The position numbers were made by a program, and so were the translations under genes. A DNA stretch of 64,000 nucleotides from an uncultured Thermoleophilia bacterium (lineage in GTDB: Bacteria; Actinomycetota; Thermoleophilia; UBA2241), in the NCBI GenBank assembly GCA_963790185.1, contig CAWBNR010000016.1, forward strand, positions 1,528 to 65,527, read 5' to 3'. Below the pieces are notes generated by a model that was given only the letters and a program-made list of their open reading frames with translations, did no database searches and was not told where the DNA came from. This document shows positions 7,801 to 16,384 of the stretch, piece by piece (position 1 is the stretch's first letter; each line of letters starts with the position of its first letter).

Positions 7801-8532
7801 ATGCTCAAGGTGAGACCCCCGGAGGACTATCCTCCCGAAGAAGGCCGCTATCTGCGCGGGAACGACTTCTCACCGGTCGCCGTCGCCATCATCCTGAACC
7901 AGGACGAGGACAAGATCCCGCCCGACATCCAGGCATTGGTGCGCACCGGAGTAGAGAGCGGAGCCGCACTTTCGGGCACCATCCAGACGCCCAACATCGG
8001 CCTCGAGAAGATGGTCTGCAACCTGGTGGCCAACTCGAACATCCGCTATCTCATTCTGGGCGGGCCGGAGTCGGAGGGTCATCTCACCGGAGATGCCTTG
8101 AAGGCCTTCTTCGAGCACGGTGTTGACACTCGGAAGCGCATCCTCGGGACCGAGGCGTGGCACGCGGTCCTGCACAACCTGCCCCTGGAGGCGATCGAGC
8201 GCGTCCGGCAGCAGGTGTCGTTGGTCGACCTTCAGTTCGAGGGAGACCCGGCGGTCCTGCGACAGGCGATCTGGGCGTGCTATCAGGAGGCTCCCGTAGA
8301 GTTCCGCGACTACTCGCTCTCTGATCCCGGCGCGTATCCGGAGCCGCACTTGAGCAGTCAGATCACCTGGCAAGCGATGCAGCCCTGGGCGGAACCGGAG
8401 AACGAGAGCGAGAGCGAGGCCAAGCGGAGGATGCAGGCGCTGATCGAGAAGCTGAAAGCCGGGAACGCGGCGCGGAGCTCAGGTCACGTCTCATCGGGGG
8501 AGAGTGAACAGGAGCCGTCGGAGAAGGGCTGA
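7801..8532 (+). CDS. MtrA-like (tetrahydromethanopterin S-methyltransferase subunit A family) corrinoid-binding protein, soluble form
   Basis: The 243-aa ORF reads ...SPVAVAIILN...GTIQTPNIGLEKMVCNLVANSNIRYLILGGPESEGHLTGDALKAFFEHG... This parallels methanogen MtrA (GPCHTENLGIEKV..NPNIRF.VLCGSEVQGHITGQ), including the His-containing segment. There is no C-terminal TM helix. Confidence 0.7.
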   Translation: MLKVRPPEDYPPEEGRYLRGNDFSPVAVAIILNQDEDKIPPDIQALVRTGVESGAALSGTIQTPNIGLEKMVCNLVANSNIRYLILGGPESEGHLTGDALKAFFEHGVDTRKRILGTEAWHAVLHNLPLEAIERVRQQVSLVDLQFEGDPAVLRQAIWACYQEAPVEFRDYSLSDPGAYPEPHLSSQITWQAMQPWAEPENESESEAKRRMQALIEKLKAGNAARSSGHVSSGESEQEPSEKG

Positions 8533-8790
8533 CGATTGCGCCGGGCCACGCGGGTCATGACGCATATCCTGACGAACGGCCCCACCCGCACAGCTGGTTC
8601 GCACAGGTCTCGCGTGCTGTCCTTAGAAAGCTCCTGCACATGGCAGCGTCGCCGGCGCTGTGCCGACGCCTCGCGCCAACTGAGCTCACAACGATTCTGC
8701 TGAGGCACGGCCGGGTACGTCGCAGCTGACGTCGCCTAGCGATTGGCTCGAATCGCTCCTGGCATGGACGCAGTTGAGCAGGGAGGCATC

Positions 8791-9732
8791 GTGGCCCACA
8801 CCGACCTCTTCCCGGACCAGTGGCAACCGCAGGTCGTTCTCATGGCGGCGCTCAAGGTCGGCCTCATCGATGCGCTGCTCGACACGCCACTGCCGCCGGC
8901 GGAGGTGGCGGAGAAGCTCGCCCTCGACGAGCGTGCGACGCTGCGCGTGATCGGCGCCCTCGTCGATGCCGGCTACCTAGAACGCCGGGGCGATGGCGTG
9001 ATCGTGGCGCCAGACGCCCGCCCGCTTCTGGACCAGGCCGACGCCGCCTTCGTCGGCGACCGGCTGCTACATCTCCACGATCTGCTCGTCCGTTGGGTGC
9101 AGCTGCCGCAGGTGCTGCGAGACGGCGGTCCCGCACGATTCGAGCGCACACCGGAGTCGCTGCGGGCGTTCATCGGCTCCATGCGCGTCGGGGCTCGCGA
9201 GCGCGCCCCGTTGCTGGTCGAGCGGCTCGCGGCGCTCTTCCCCGCGACGAAGACCGTGCTCGACATCGGCGGCGGTCCGGGCACGCAGGCGCGTGCCTTC
9301 CAGGAACGCGGCTGGCAGGTGACGGTGCTCGACTTCCCCGAGGTCATCGACCTCATGGCAGAAGACCTCGCGTGGGCCGGCATCGCCACCATCAAGGGCG
9401 ACGCGACGAAGGGCATCCCTGCACAGGATTTCGACCTCGTCTACTGCGGCAACCTCTTTCACTCAATGTCCCATGAGGAATGCGCAACAGTCGTCGCGGG
9501 CGCGGCCGAGGCTCTCGGAGAGGGCGGCGCCCTTGCCATCTTCGACTTCCTGAGCGGCCGGGGTCTGCCTTCGTCGCTCTTCGCCGTGAACATGCTCGTC
9601 GCGACGAGCGGCGGTGACGTCTACGAAGAGAAGGACTACCGTCGCTGGTGCGAGGCAGCCGGGCTACGGGACTTCGGCGTGCACGAGGTGGCAGGGCAAT
9701 CCCAGTGGCTGCTGACGGCAATCAAGCGCTGA
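8791..9732 (+). CDS. class I SAM-dependent O-methyltransferase with N-terminal winged-helix dimerisation domain
   Basis: ORF 8743-9732. GTG 8791 follows an AGGGAGG RBS. The SAM motif is VLDIGGGPGTQA...VTVLDFPEV. The N-terminus LKVGLIDALLDTPLPPAEVAEKLALDERATLRVIGALVDAGYLER is the Dimerisation2-type wHTH. Confidence 0.75.
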   Translation: MAHTDLFPDQWQPQVVLMAALKVGLIDALLDTPLPPAEVAEKLALDERATLRVIGALVDAGYLERRGDGVIVAPDARPLLDQADAAFVGDRLLHLHDLLVRWVQLPQVLRDGGPARFERTPESLRAFIGSMRVGARERAPLLVERLAALFPATKTVLDIGGGPGTQARAFQERGWQVTVLDFPEVIDLMAEDLAWAGIATIKGDATKGIPAQDFDLVYCGNLFHSMSHEECATVVAGAAEALGEGGALAIFDFLSGRGLPSSLFAVNMLVATSGGDVYEEKDYRRWCEAAGLRDFGVHEVAGQSQWLLTAIKR

Positions 9733-9803
9733 GCCGCCCACTTGCTAGCAATCCACCCCTGACGGCATGCCGATGAGCGCGCAGGTGTCGTAGACGAGCA
9801 TCC

Positions 9804-9950
9804 CAGCCCGGCATCCACCCCAAGGTGGTCAGCGAGCGCCTCGGGCACGCCACTGTCTCCATCACCCTCGACACCTACTCGCATGCCATCCCGGCGATGC
9901 AGGAGGAGGCGGCGACGCTGATCGCGGGCCTGGTGTTCGCAGCGAACTAG
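9804..9950 (+). pseudogene. C-terminal remnant of a tyrosine recombinase (phage-type integrase)
   Basis: The frame reads QPGIHPKVVSERLGHATVSITLDTYSHAIPAMQEEAATLIAGLVFAAN*, which is the HxxR..LGH...Y end of the catalytic domain. Nothing recognisable lies upstream. The stop codon lies in the CTAG at the IS982 junction. Confidence 0.7.
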
Positions 9951-10940
9951 ATGATTGATTCCACGAGATCAGCCTCAGGCAAGGAAAGCAGCGCAGAGAG
10001 GCCGAAGCCGACGGTGCCTAAGTCACCGTCTGCCCGGAGGCCACGATGCACGCCGACCTCGACACTCTCTGCACGGTCATCTATTGCACAGCCGACGATC
10101 TTCTGCCAGAGGCAAGAAGAAACGCCCGGCGCCGCATCAGCGACGCTGAGCTGGTCACGCTCTGCGTCGCCCAGGCGATCATGGGCATCCCCTCCGATCG
10201 CAGGTTCCTCGCCGTGGCACGCAAGCGCCTCGTCCATCTCTTCCCGGTTCTGCCCAGCCAGCCCGCCTACTGGAAGCGCCGGCGCCGGCTCGCAGGCGCG
10301 ATCGAGTGGCTCATGGGCGTGTTCACATGCCAGAGCCCGGGCTTCAGCGACGACCTGCTGCTCATCGACTCGACCCCGGTGCCCTGCGCCGCCAGCCGTG
10401 AGACGGTCAAGCGCTCGGCGCTCGCAGACGCCGCCGGCTACGGCTACTGCGCCGCCCACTCGCGCCTCTTCTGGGGCTTTCGCCTGCACCTGCTGGCTGC
10501 TCCAGACGGCACACCGCGGGCGTTCACCCTCGCCGACCCACGACGCGGCGAGCGTGAGGTCGCGCTCGAGCTGCTCGAACGGGCCGCGCGCGGCGGTGAG
10601 CTGCTGGTCTGCGACAAGGGCTACGCCGGCCGGGAGTTCGCGGCAGGCGCTGCCGAGCTCGGCGTACTCGTCGTACGTCCCCGGCGCCGCGACGAGCCCG
10701 GCGAGGGGCCGCACCTCGCCCCCATCCGCCAGCGCATCGAGTCGATCTTCTGGACCTGCAAGGACCTGCTCACGCTCGAGCGTCACGGGGCGCGCACCCT
10801 GGCTGGACTGCGCGAGCGCATCCTGCAGCGATTCCTCTGCCTCGCCGCCTGCATCAGCCTCAACCACCGGCTGGGACGGCCGGGCCGCGCGCTCGTCGAC
10901 TACTGCGCCTGAGGCTGCGGGCGTGGAATCAATCATCTAG
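9947..10940 (+). mobile_element. IS982-family insertion sequence, apparently intact
   Basis: The termini ctagatgattgattccacg (9947-9965) and cgtggaatcaatcatctag (10922-10940) are perfect inverted repeats. These are either 19 bp, or 15 bp plus a CTAG target duplication. They enclose one transposase ORF. Confidence 0.85.
10046..10912 (+). CDS. IS982-family DDE transposase
   Basis: The 288-aa ORF reads LDTLCTVIYCTADDLL...LLLIDSTPVPC...GYGYCAAHSRLFWGFRLHLL...LVCDKGYAG...IESIFWTCKDLLTLERH, matching the IS982 transposase pattern. Confidence 0.85.
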   Translation: MHADLDTLCTVIYCTADDLLPEARRNARRRISDAELVTLCVAQAIMGIPSDRRFLAVARKRLVHLFPVLPSQPAYWKRRRRLAGAIEWLMGVFTCQSPGFSDDLLLIDSTPVPCAASRETVKRSALADAAGYGYCAAHSRLFWGFRLHLLAAPDGTPRAFTLADPRRGEREVALELLERAARGGELLVCDKGYAGREFAAGAAELGVLVVRPRRRDEPGEGPHLAPIRQRIESIFWTCKDLLTLERHGARTLAGLRERILQRFLCLAACISLNHRLGRPGRALVDYCA

Positions 10941-11113
10941 CCGTGACGGGCGGTGACGAGGCGTCTCGTCGGCAAGATGTCGGCAGGAGCTTGCCGTCCA
11001 GACCATGCCCAGGTCGAGGCTCCTGTCGTCACCGTTGCGAGTCGCTCGTCACTCGAGTCTTGAGCCCGACGCTCCCTCCTCGAATGGCGTGTGGTTATTC
11101 GGCAGGGGTTAGT

Positions 11114-12522
11114 GTCCACGGACGTGGTGTACGAAGAAGTCCAGAGTGGTCACCTTGAAGAAGAGGTGACCACTGCTCCATCCTCGAGGGCGTGAGAAAC
11201 CCAAAGAGATCGAGGAGGAGACAGTGGTCGAGGCAAACATGGACCTTCTCGGTTGGCTGCGCAAGCAGCTGGCCGAGGCCGAGCCGGACCTGCTGCGCGA
11301 AATGGTGCGCACGTTCGCCGAGACGCTCATGGGCGCCGAGGTCGACGCCCTCTGCGGCGCCGCCTTTCGCGAACGCAGCGGCGAGCGCGTGAACCGCAGA
11401 AACGGCTACCGCTCACGGCCCTTCGACACGCGTACCGGCACGATCGCCGTGGCCGTGCCCAAGCTCAGAAGCGGCAGCTACTTCCCCGACTGGCTGCTTG
11501 AACGCCGTCGCCGGGCAGAGCGTGCTCTCGTAGCCGTCGTCGCCGAGTGCTACGTCAGGGGTGTCTCCACGCGCCGCGTCGACGGCCTCGTGAAGACGCT
11601 CGGCATCGAGAGCATCTCAAAGAGCGCCGTCTCGGAGATGGCCAAGAGCTGAGACCGTGAGGTCGCCGCCTTCCGCTCACGTCCCCTGGACGAGGGCCCC
11701 TACCCCTACCTCTGGCTCGACGCCCTGGCCATGAAGACCCGTGAGGAGGGCCGCATCTGCCGCGTCGCGATCGTGGTCGCGACGGCGCTGAACGGCGACG
11801 GCGCGCGTGAGATCCTCGGCCTCGACGTCTTCACCAGCGAAGACGAAGCCGCCTGGAGCACCTTCCTCGGCGGTCTGGTCGAGCGTGGCCTTGCGGGCGT
11901 GCGTCTGGTCGTCAGCGACGACCACCGCGGCCTCACGCGGGCGATCGACGCCCTGCTGCCCGGGGCCAGCTGGCAGAGGTGCAGAACGCACTTCATGCGC
12001 AACCTGCTGTGCCGCGTCCCGAAGAGCGCGCAACCCTTCGTCGCCACGCTCGTGCGCACGATCTTCGCGCAGCCCTGCCCCGAAGAGGTCGCCGCCCAAC
12101 TCGCACGCGTGCACGAGCAGCTCGCGCGCCGCTTCCCGGCCGCCGCCGAACTCCTCGAGCGGGCCGCTCCCGACATCACCGCGTTCGCGGGCTTCCCCGT
12201 CGCCCACTGGCGGCAGATCTGGTCGAACAACCCGCAGGAGCGTCTCAACCGCGAGATCCGCCGGCGCAGCGACGTGGTCGGCATCTTCCCCGACCGCAGC
12301 GCGATCGTGCGCCTGGTGGGCATGGTCTTGGCCGAACAACACGACGAATAGGCCGTGGCGCGGCGCTACATGAGCGCCGACTCGCTGGCGACGTTGACGA
12401 GGCCAGCGGCCGAGCTCGCAGCCAGCAACGACGCGGAGGAGGTGATGCCGACGCTCGTAGCTGCCGTCGGCTGAAAATCAGGCGAGGAGGAGCAGGCTCC
12501 TTCGTACACCACCTTGACGGAC
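11114..12522 (+). mobile_element. IS256-family insertion sequence, inactivated
   Basis: Imperfect terminal inverted repeats: gtccacggacgtggtgtacgaag (11114-11136) versus the reverse complement of cttcgtacaccaccttgacggac (12500-12522). No matching target duplication flanks the element. Confidence 0.65.
11224..12474 (+). pseudogene. IS256-family (Mutator-type) transposase with two in-frame stops
   Basis: A single reading frame is interrupted by TGA at 11650-11652 (...SEMAKS*DREVAAFRSRPLDEGPYPYLWLDAL...) and by TAG at 12349-12351 (...AEQHDE*AVARRYMS..., where W is expected). Confidence 0.85.
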
Positions 12523-12585
12523 GTAGCCCAGGTCACTGAAGGTGGAGCTCACGAAGACCCGGAATGTTCGCGTCGCGTGCGGCAT
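12523..12585 (-). pseudogene. first ~21 codons of a DUF4062-type gene, cut by the IS256 end
   Basis: MPHATRTFRVFVSSTFSDLGY then runs straight into the IS256 right inverted repeat. FVSSTFSDL is the usual opening of the DUF4062 domains found at the N-termini of STAND NTPases. Confidence 0.4.
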
Positions 12586-12698
12586 GGCTTCCCAGCATCG
12601 TATATTCGCCCGACTGTACGCCTTTTGGGTGGCCCGGGACAGTGTGGCCGCTATCGGTGAAGCAGCCGGACCGCGCCCGGTGCGACGCGCGTGTCCGC

Positions 12699-12824
12699 GT
12701 CTCACTCGACGCTCAGGATGCATGCATTGTCTCGACCAGCATTCGTGAGAACATAGGGTCGGCGTGTCCGGAGGCCGATGACGAGGAGATGGCCGCGGCC
12801 TTGGCGAGGGCCAGTCTGGCCGCA
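12699..12824 (+). pseudogene. fragment of an ABC-exporter ATPase domain
   Basis: SLDAQDACIVSTSIRENIGSACPEADDEEMAAALARASLAA resembles the ...vpQd..lf.gTIreNI..g.p.AtdeEi.aAa..A... segment between Walker A and the signature motif. No Walker motifs are present. Confidence 0.35.
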
Positions 12825-12886
12825 CCTCCCCGCCGGTGTCTCAGGCGCCGAGGTTTCCGAATGAGAGAGCTGAAGGGGACGACGAC

Positions 12887-14908
12887 ATGAGCGTCCGCCA
12901 CGAGCAGATGCGCGCGGTCGAGTCAATCGCCGGCGCGCTGAGACTCTCCGCTCCGGTGCTCGTTGCAGACCCCACGCGGCTGGCGGGTCAGCTGGCCGGG
13001 CGGCTGACCGGCTCCGAAGAGCCGGGAGTCGGCCACTTCCTGGACGACGTTCGCAGCCGTGCCGCCCGCCCGTGGCTCTGTCCGCTCGGGCGCGCACTCG
13101 CTTCAGCCGGCGGCGCACTCCAGCAGATCCTCTCCGGCCACGACAAGCCGGTGAGCGCGGTGACCGTCACGCCAGACGGCCGCGGCATCGTATCCGGCGG
13201 TCAAGACGGCCACATGCGGATATGGGATCTGGCCACAGGCCTATTGCTCCGCGAGTGGAAGAGCGATGAAGGAGGCGTGACCACACTCGCACTGACGCCG
13301 GACGGGCGCCTCGCGGTGGGCTGGTGCGGACGGTTCGGGCAGGGCCGCATCCAGACATGGGACGTGACGTCGGGCCGCCTGAGCGGCGAATGGAACGACG
13401 GCCAAGGAGGCGTCGCGGCCCTAGCGCTCACGCCCGATGGCAGAAGCGTCGTGTCGGGCGGCAATGACGGAAGCGTGAGGGTCTGGGACCTGGCATCCGG
13501 CCGGCTCGAACGGGAGCTGAAGGTTCGTCACAGCAGGGCGGTACTGGCCGTAGCCGTCAGTCCGGACGGAGACAGGATTGTCACCGGAGGCGAGGACGAG
13601 ACTGTGAGAGTGACGAGTCTGTCCAAGTCCCGCTCGAACGTCACGCTGCAGACCGGCGGCGGCAAGGCGCACGCCGTAGCAGTCAGTCCGGACGGCTCGC
13701 GAATCGTCGCGGGCACCGCGCAGAGAGTGCTGGTGTGGAGAGGCGCCGACTGTGAGCTGGAGCACACCCTCGAGGGCCACTACACCGATGTCTTCGCGGT
13801 CGCCATCTCAACCGATGGAGTTCACGTCTTCTCCGGGGGCGGTTCTCAGGAGGCCGACAACAAGGTCCGCGTCTGGGACCTCGCCGGCGGGCAACTCGAG
13901 GGCAGTCTCGTTGGGCACCTAGGTCCCATCCGGTCGATTGTCGCCGGGCCGGGCGGCGCCATGGTTGTCTCGGGCTCAGACGATGGAACGGTGCGCGTCT
14001 GGGACATCCGCAATATCCGTGCCGAACAGCGGCCGCAGCGCCACGACGGACCCGTCGAGGCGCTGAAGGTCAGTCCGGACGGGTCCTGGGCGGTGTCCGG
14101 TGGCAAGGATCACACGGTGCGCATCTGGCACCTTCCCAGCGAGAAGATGAAGCGGACACTGAGGGGCCACGCCGCGCCGGTGTGCGGGGTGGATGTGAGC
14201 TCGGACGGGGCTCGCATCGTCTCGGGCAGCGAAGACGGCAGCATGCGGGTGTGGGATTCCGCGAGCGGCCGCTCGGAGCACAGGCTCGAGGGCACCGGCC
14301 GCACCGTGCGTGGGGTGGCCGTCGCGGGCAGGGGAGATCTCGTGATCTCCACCGCTCCCGGAAAGATCGACATCCGCAGTGCGGCGGACGGCGATCTCCT
14401 CAGCTTCATCGACGACGACCGCATGGGTGTCGAGCAATGGGGACCGGCCATTGCCGTGACACCAGACGGCACTCGCATCGTGCTCGGCTCCTGGTGGGGC
14501 GGAGTCGGGGTGTTCGACCTCGAGGGCCGTCTGCACCAGGAGATGGGTGACAAGAGCCTGAACTCGTCGTCAGACGTCGTGGCCGTCACACCAGACGGCG
14601 CTCACGTGGTCTCGAGCCACATGGGCACCGCGGTCCGACTCTGGGATATCGGTAGCGGCACTCTGGAGCGTACGTATGAGGGCCTGCGCATGTCGGCGAT
14701 CACCCCCGATGGCGCGTATGCCGTCTGCTGCTCGTCCCTTGACGACACTCTAATCGTGTGGGACGTTCACACCGGTGAGGAGATTGCCGAATGGGTGGCG
14801 GACCCGGGTATTCAGGTGTCCGCCTGCTGCACCGTCCCTACGGACTCCTCGTTGTTTGTGTACGGGGACTCCACCGGTGCCGTTCACATCCTCCGTCTGC
14901 TCGACTGA
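12887..14908 (+). CDS. 14-blade WD40-repeat protein, apparently the C-terminal sensor part of a STAND (NACHT/AAA) NTPase without its NTPase
   Basis: ORF 12836-14908. ATG 12887 has a GAAGGGGA RBS. The pre-repeat segment ...ARPWLCPLGRALASAGGALQQILSGHDKPVSAV is typical of the linker preceding WD40 in NACHT-WD40 proteins. I counted 14 xxxPDGxxxVSGxxDGxxRxWD units by eye. Confidence 0.8.
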   Translation: MSVRHEQMRAVESIAGALRLSAPVLVADPTRLAGQLAGRLTGSEEPGVGHFLDDVRSRAARPWLCPLGRALASAGGALQQILSGHDKPVSAVTVTPDGRGIVSGGQDGHMRIWDLATGLLLREWKSDEGGVTTLALTPDGRLAVGWCGRFGQGRIQTWDVTSGRLSGEWNDGQGGVAALALTPDGRSVVSGGNDGSVRVWDLASGRLERELKVRHSRAVLAVAVSPDGDRIVTGGEDETVRVTSLSKSRSNVTLQTGGGKAHAVAVSPDGSRIVAGTAQRVLVWRGADCELEHTLEGHYTDVFAVAISTDGVHVFSGGGSQEADNKVRVWDLAGGQLEGSLVGHLGPIRSIVAGPGGAMVVSGSDDGTVRVWDIRNIRAEQRPQRHDGPVEALKVSPDGSWAVSGGKDHTVRIWHLPSEKMKRTLRGHAAPVCGVDVSSDGARIVSGSEDGSMRVWDSASGRSEHRLEGTGRTVRGVAVAGRGDLVISTAPGKIDIRSAADGDLLSFIDDDRMGVEQWGPAIAVTPDGTRIVLGSWWGGVGVFDLEGRLHQEMGDKSLNSSSDVVAVTPDGAHVVSSHMGTAVRLWDIGSGTLERTYEGLRMSAITPDGAYAVCCSSLDDTLIVWDVHTGEEIAEWVADPGIQVSACCTVPTDSSLFVYGDSTGAVHILRLLD

Positions 14909-14955
14909 GCGGACGACATAGTCTGCAGGCAGCGCGTTTGCGAAAGGGGCAGGTC

Positions 14956-15426
14956 GTGAGTGACCACTTTGATCCGACGAATCTCGACGATTTGAACATG
15001 CTGGCGGACATGATCAGGGATCTTCCCGGGGCGACGGCGGACGAGATCGCCGCTCGCTTTGCGCATACCGTAGACAACTGGAAGCAGGGCGATCGTCCCA
15101 CCTTCGTGCAGCCGGATGACCTGGACGAGCGCCTGCAGCTACTCCTCGCGGATGCCAGCCGGGCCGTGGAGGAGAAGACCTGCACGAACGGCGGTCCCTT
15201 CAAGGACCCGGACGGGAGCGTGTGGTGGACACCTGACCTGACCAAGCCATACTACGGCTGCAACTGGTCATACGAGACCTTGGAGGACGAGAAGTACTTC
15301 CGCGTGAACCTGGTCCTGGACGCGGGCCCCAAAGGCTCAAGCTGGGTGCCGTTTGTGTTCATGAGGCGGACGGACGATGTCGTCGCCTTCTGGTTCCACG
15401 ACTCCATCAACGCTGCTCGCCTGTAG
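14956..15426 (+). CDS. hypothetical protein (156 aa)
   Basis: This is the 3' part of ORF 14791-15426. GTG 14956 is preceded by GAAAGGGG and lies 48 nt after the WD40 stop. I recognise no family. Confidence 0.45.
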   Translation: MSDHFDPTNLDDLNMLADMIRDLPGATADEIAARFAHTVDNWKQGDRPTFVQPDDLDERLQLLLADASRAVEEKTCTNGGPFKDPDGSVWWTPDLTKPYYGCNWSYETLEDEKYFRVNLVLDAGPKGSSWVPFVFMRRTDDVVAFWFHDSINAARL

Positions 15427-15928
15427 CTGCTCACGGCTGCGGCTGCGTCGCCTGTGACTCACAGGCCGCCGGCAATTAGGCGCTGCGCCGCTATCCGCGC
15501 GCCGTCACTCCGACTCATCCCGGCGAAGGATGCCGCCGGGGGTGACCACGTCGTTGCGCATGATTACATCGAGGGCGCCGGTCAGCGACGAGACAGTCAC
15601 TCAGCAGTAGACTTCTTCTGACTGGAGCAAGCAAGGCCGAGGAAGGTTCAGGACCTTTGGGTCCGCGACTGCTATGAGCCCGACGGGGGCATTCTTAACC
15701 GCTCCGTCACGTCGAATCGAGGAGATGCTTCAACTCCTCGCACAGGTTCGAGAATGGAGTTCAGACGGCCAAGGACGGTGGGCGTCGGATGCGCCTCTGT
15801 TTGTCATAACGTGGTGTGCATAACCTGCGCGCGCTGCCCATGAAGGATATCTCGGCGCGTGGGCGCGTCAGGTTGATGCACTGGTTGGGCAGAGGCCCGT
15901 CGGCCGCGTGCCCTGGCCCCGCATTCAC

Positions 15929-16384
15929 CTAGTGCATCATACCGAGCCGGAGGACCACGGAGAGCGTGAAGAGGAGGAGCACAACCGTGAAGCCGACCAA
16001 CAGCAAGCCCTCGTGCTCTCGACGACCCCACCGCTGGGCCGCGATGGCGTAGGCCGTGCCGGCGAGCGCCGCGAGATACACGAGGGCCACGATCCAGAAG
16101 GGCAGGAGGTCAGGGTCCAGCAGGCGGCCCCAGTTGGGGTCGTGCCCGAAGATGACGAGGTACATGAAGTAGATCGGCTCAGCGACGGGGACCGCGAGAA
16201 CGGCGTAGCCAGAGAGTACCCACGCGATCGAGGGCGGCTTCGCCTGCAGGCGAAGCATGCTCACCACACCCAACACGAGGATGAGGGGAGTGAAGACGAG
16301 CAGGGCGACGGGGTACGGGTTCACTACCTTCCGTTCTGCGAAACGTACCCTGCTCCCGACACCGCTGACGCTCCTTCTGCCCAA
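15929..16384 (-). CDS. hypothetical multi-pass membrane protein
   Basis: The 151-aa ORF has four hydrophobic segments (PVALLVFTPLILVLGVVSML, WVLSGYAVLAVPVAEPIYFMYLVIF, LPFWIVALVYLAALAGTAYAI, LLLVGFTVVLLLFTLSVVL). Confidence 0.5.
   Translation of the reverse strand: MGRRSVSGVGSRVRFAERKVVNPYPVALLVFTPLILVLGVVSMLRLQAKPPSIAWVLSGYAVLAVPVAEPIYFMYLVIFGHDPNWGRLLDPDLLPFWIVALVYLAALAGTAYAIAAQRWGRREHEGLLLVGFTVVLLLFTLSVVLRLGMMH

Noticed and set aside
9947-10940. Two mirror-image 329-aa ORFs on opposite strands, both reading MIDST...VESII.
   Set aside because: They start and end in the perfect terminal inverted repeats of IS982, so their symmetry is a by-product. The frame with transposase motifs is 10046-10912 (+).
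11650-12351. In-frame TGA and TAG in the IS256 transposase as recoding events (selenocysteine or pyrrolysine) or as evidence for an alternative genetic code.
   Set aside because: TGA and TAG terminate the well-supported genes throughout the window. No SECIS-like context is evident. The TGA is explained by a compensated indel pair, and the TAG by a single TGG-to-TAG change.
12836-12886. GTG 12836 as the start of the WD40 gene.
   Set aside because: It overlaps the ABC-fragment reading region and has no RBS. ATG 12887 is preceded by GAAGGGGA at a suitable distance. Either way, the protein lacks an NTPase domain.
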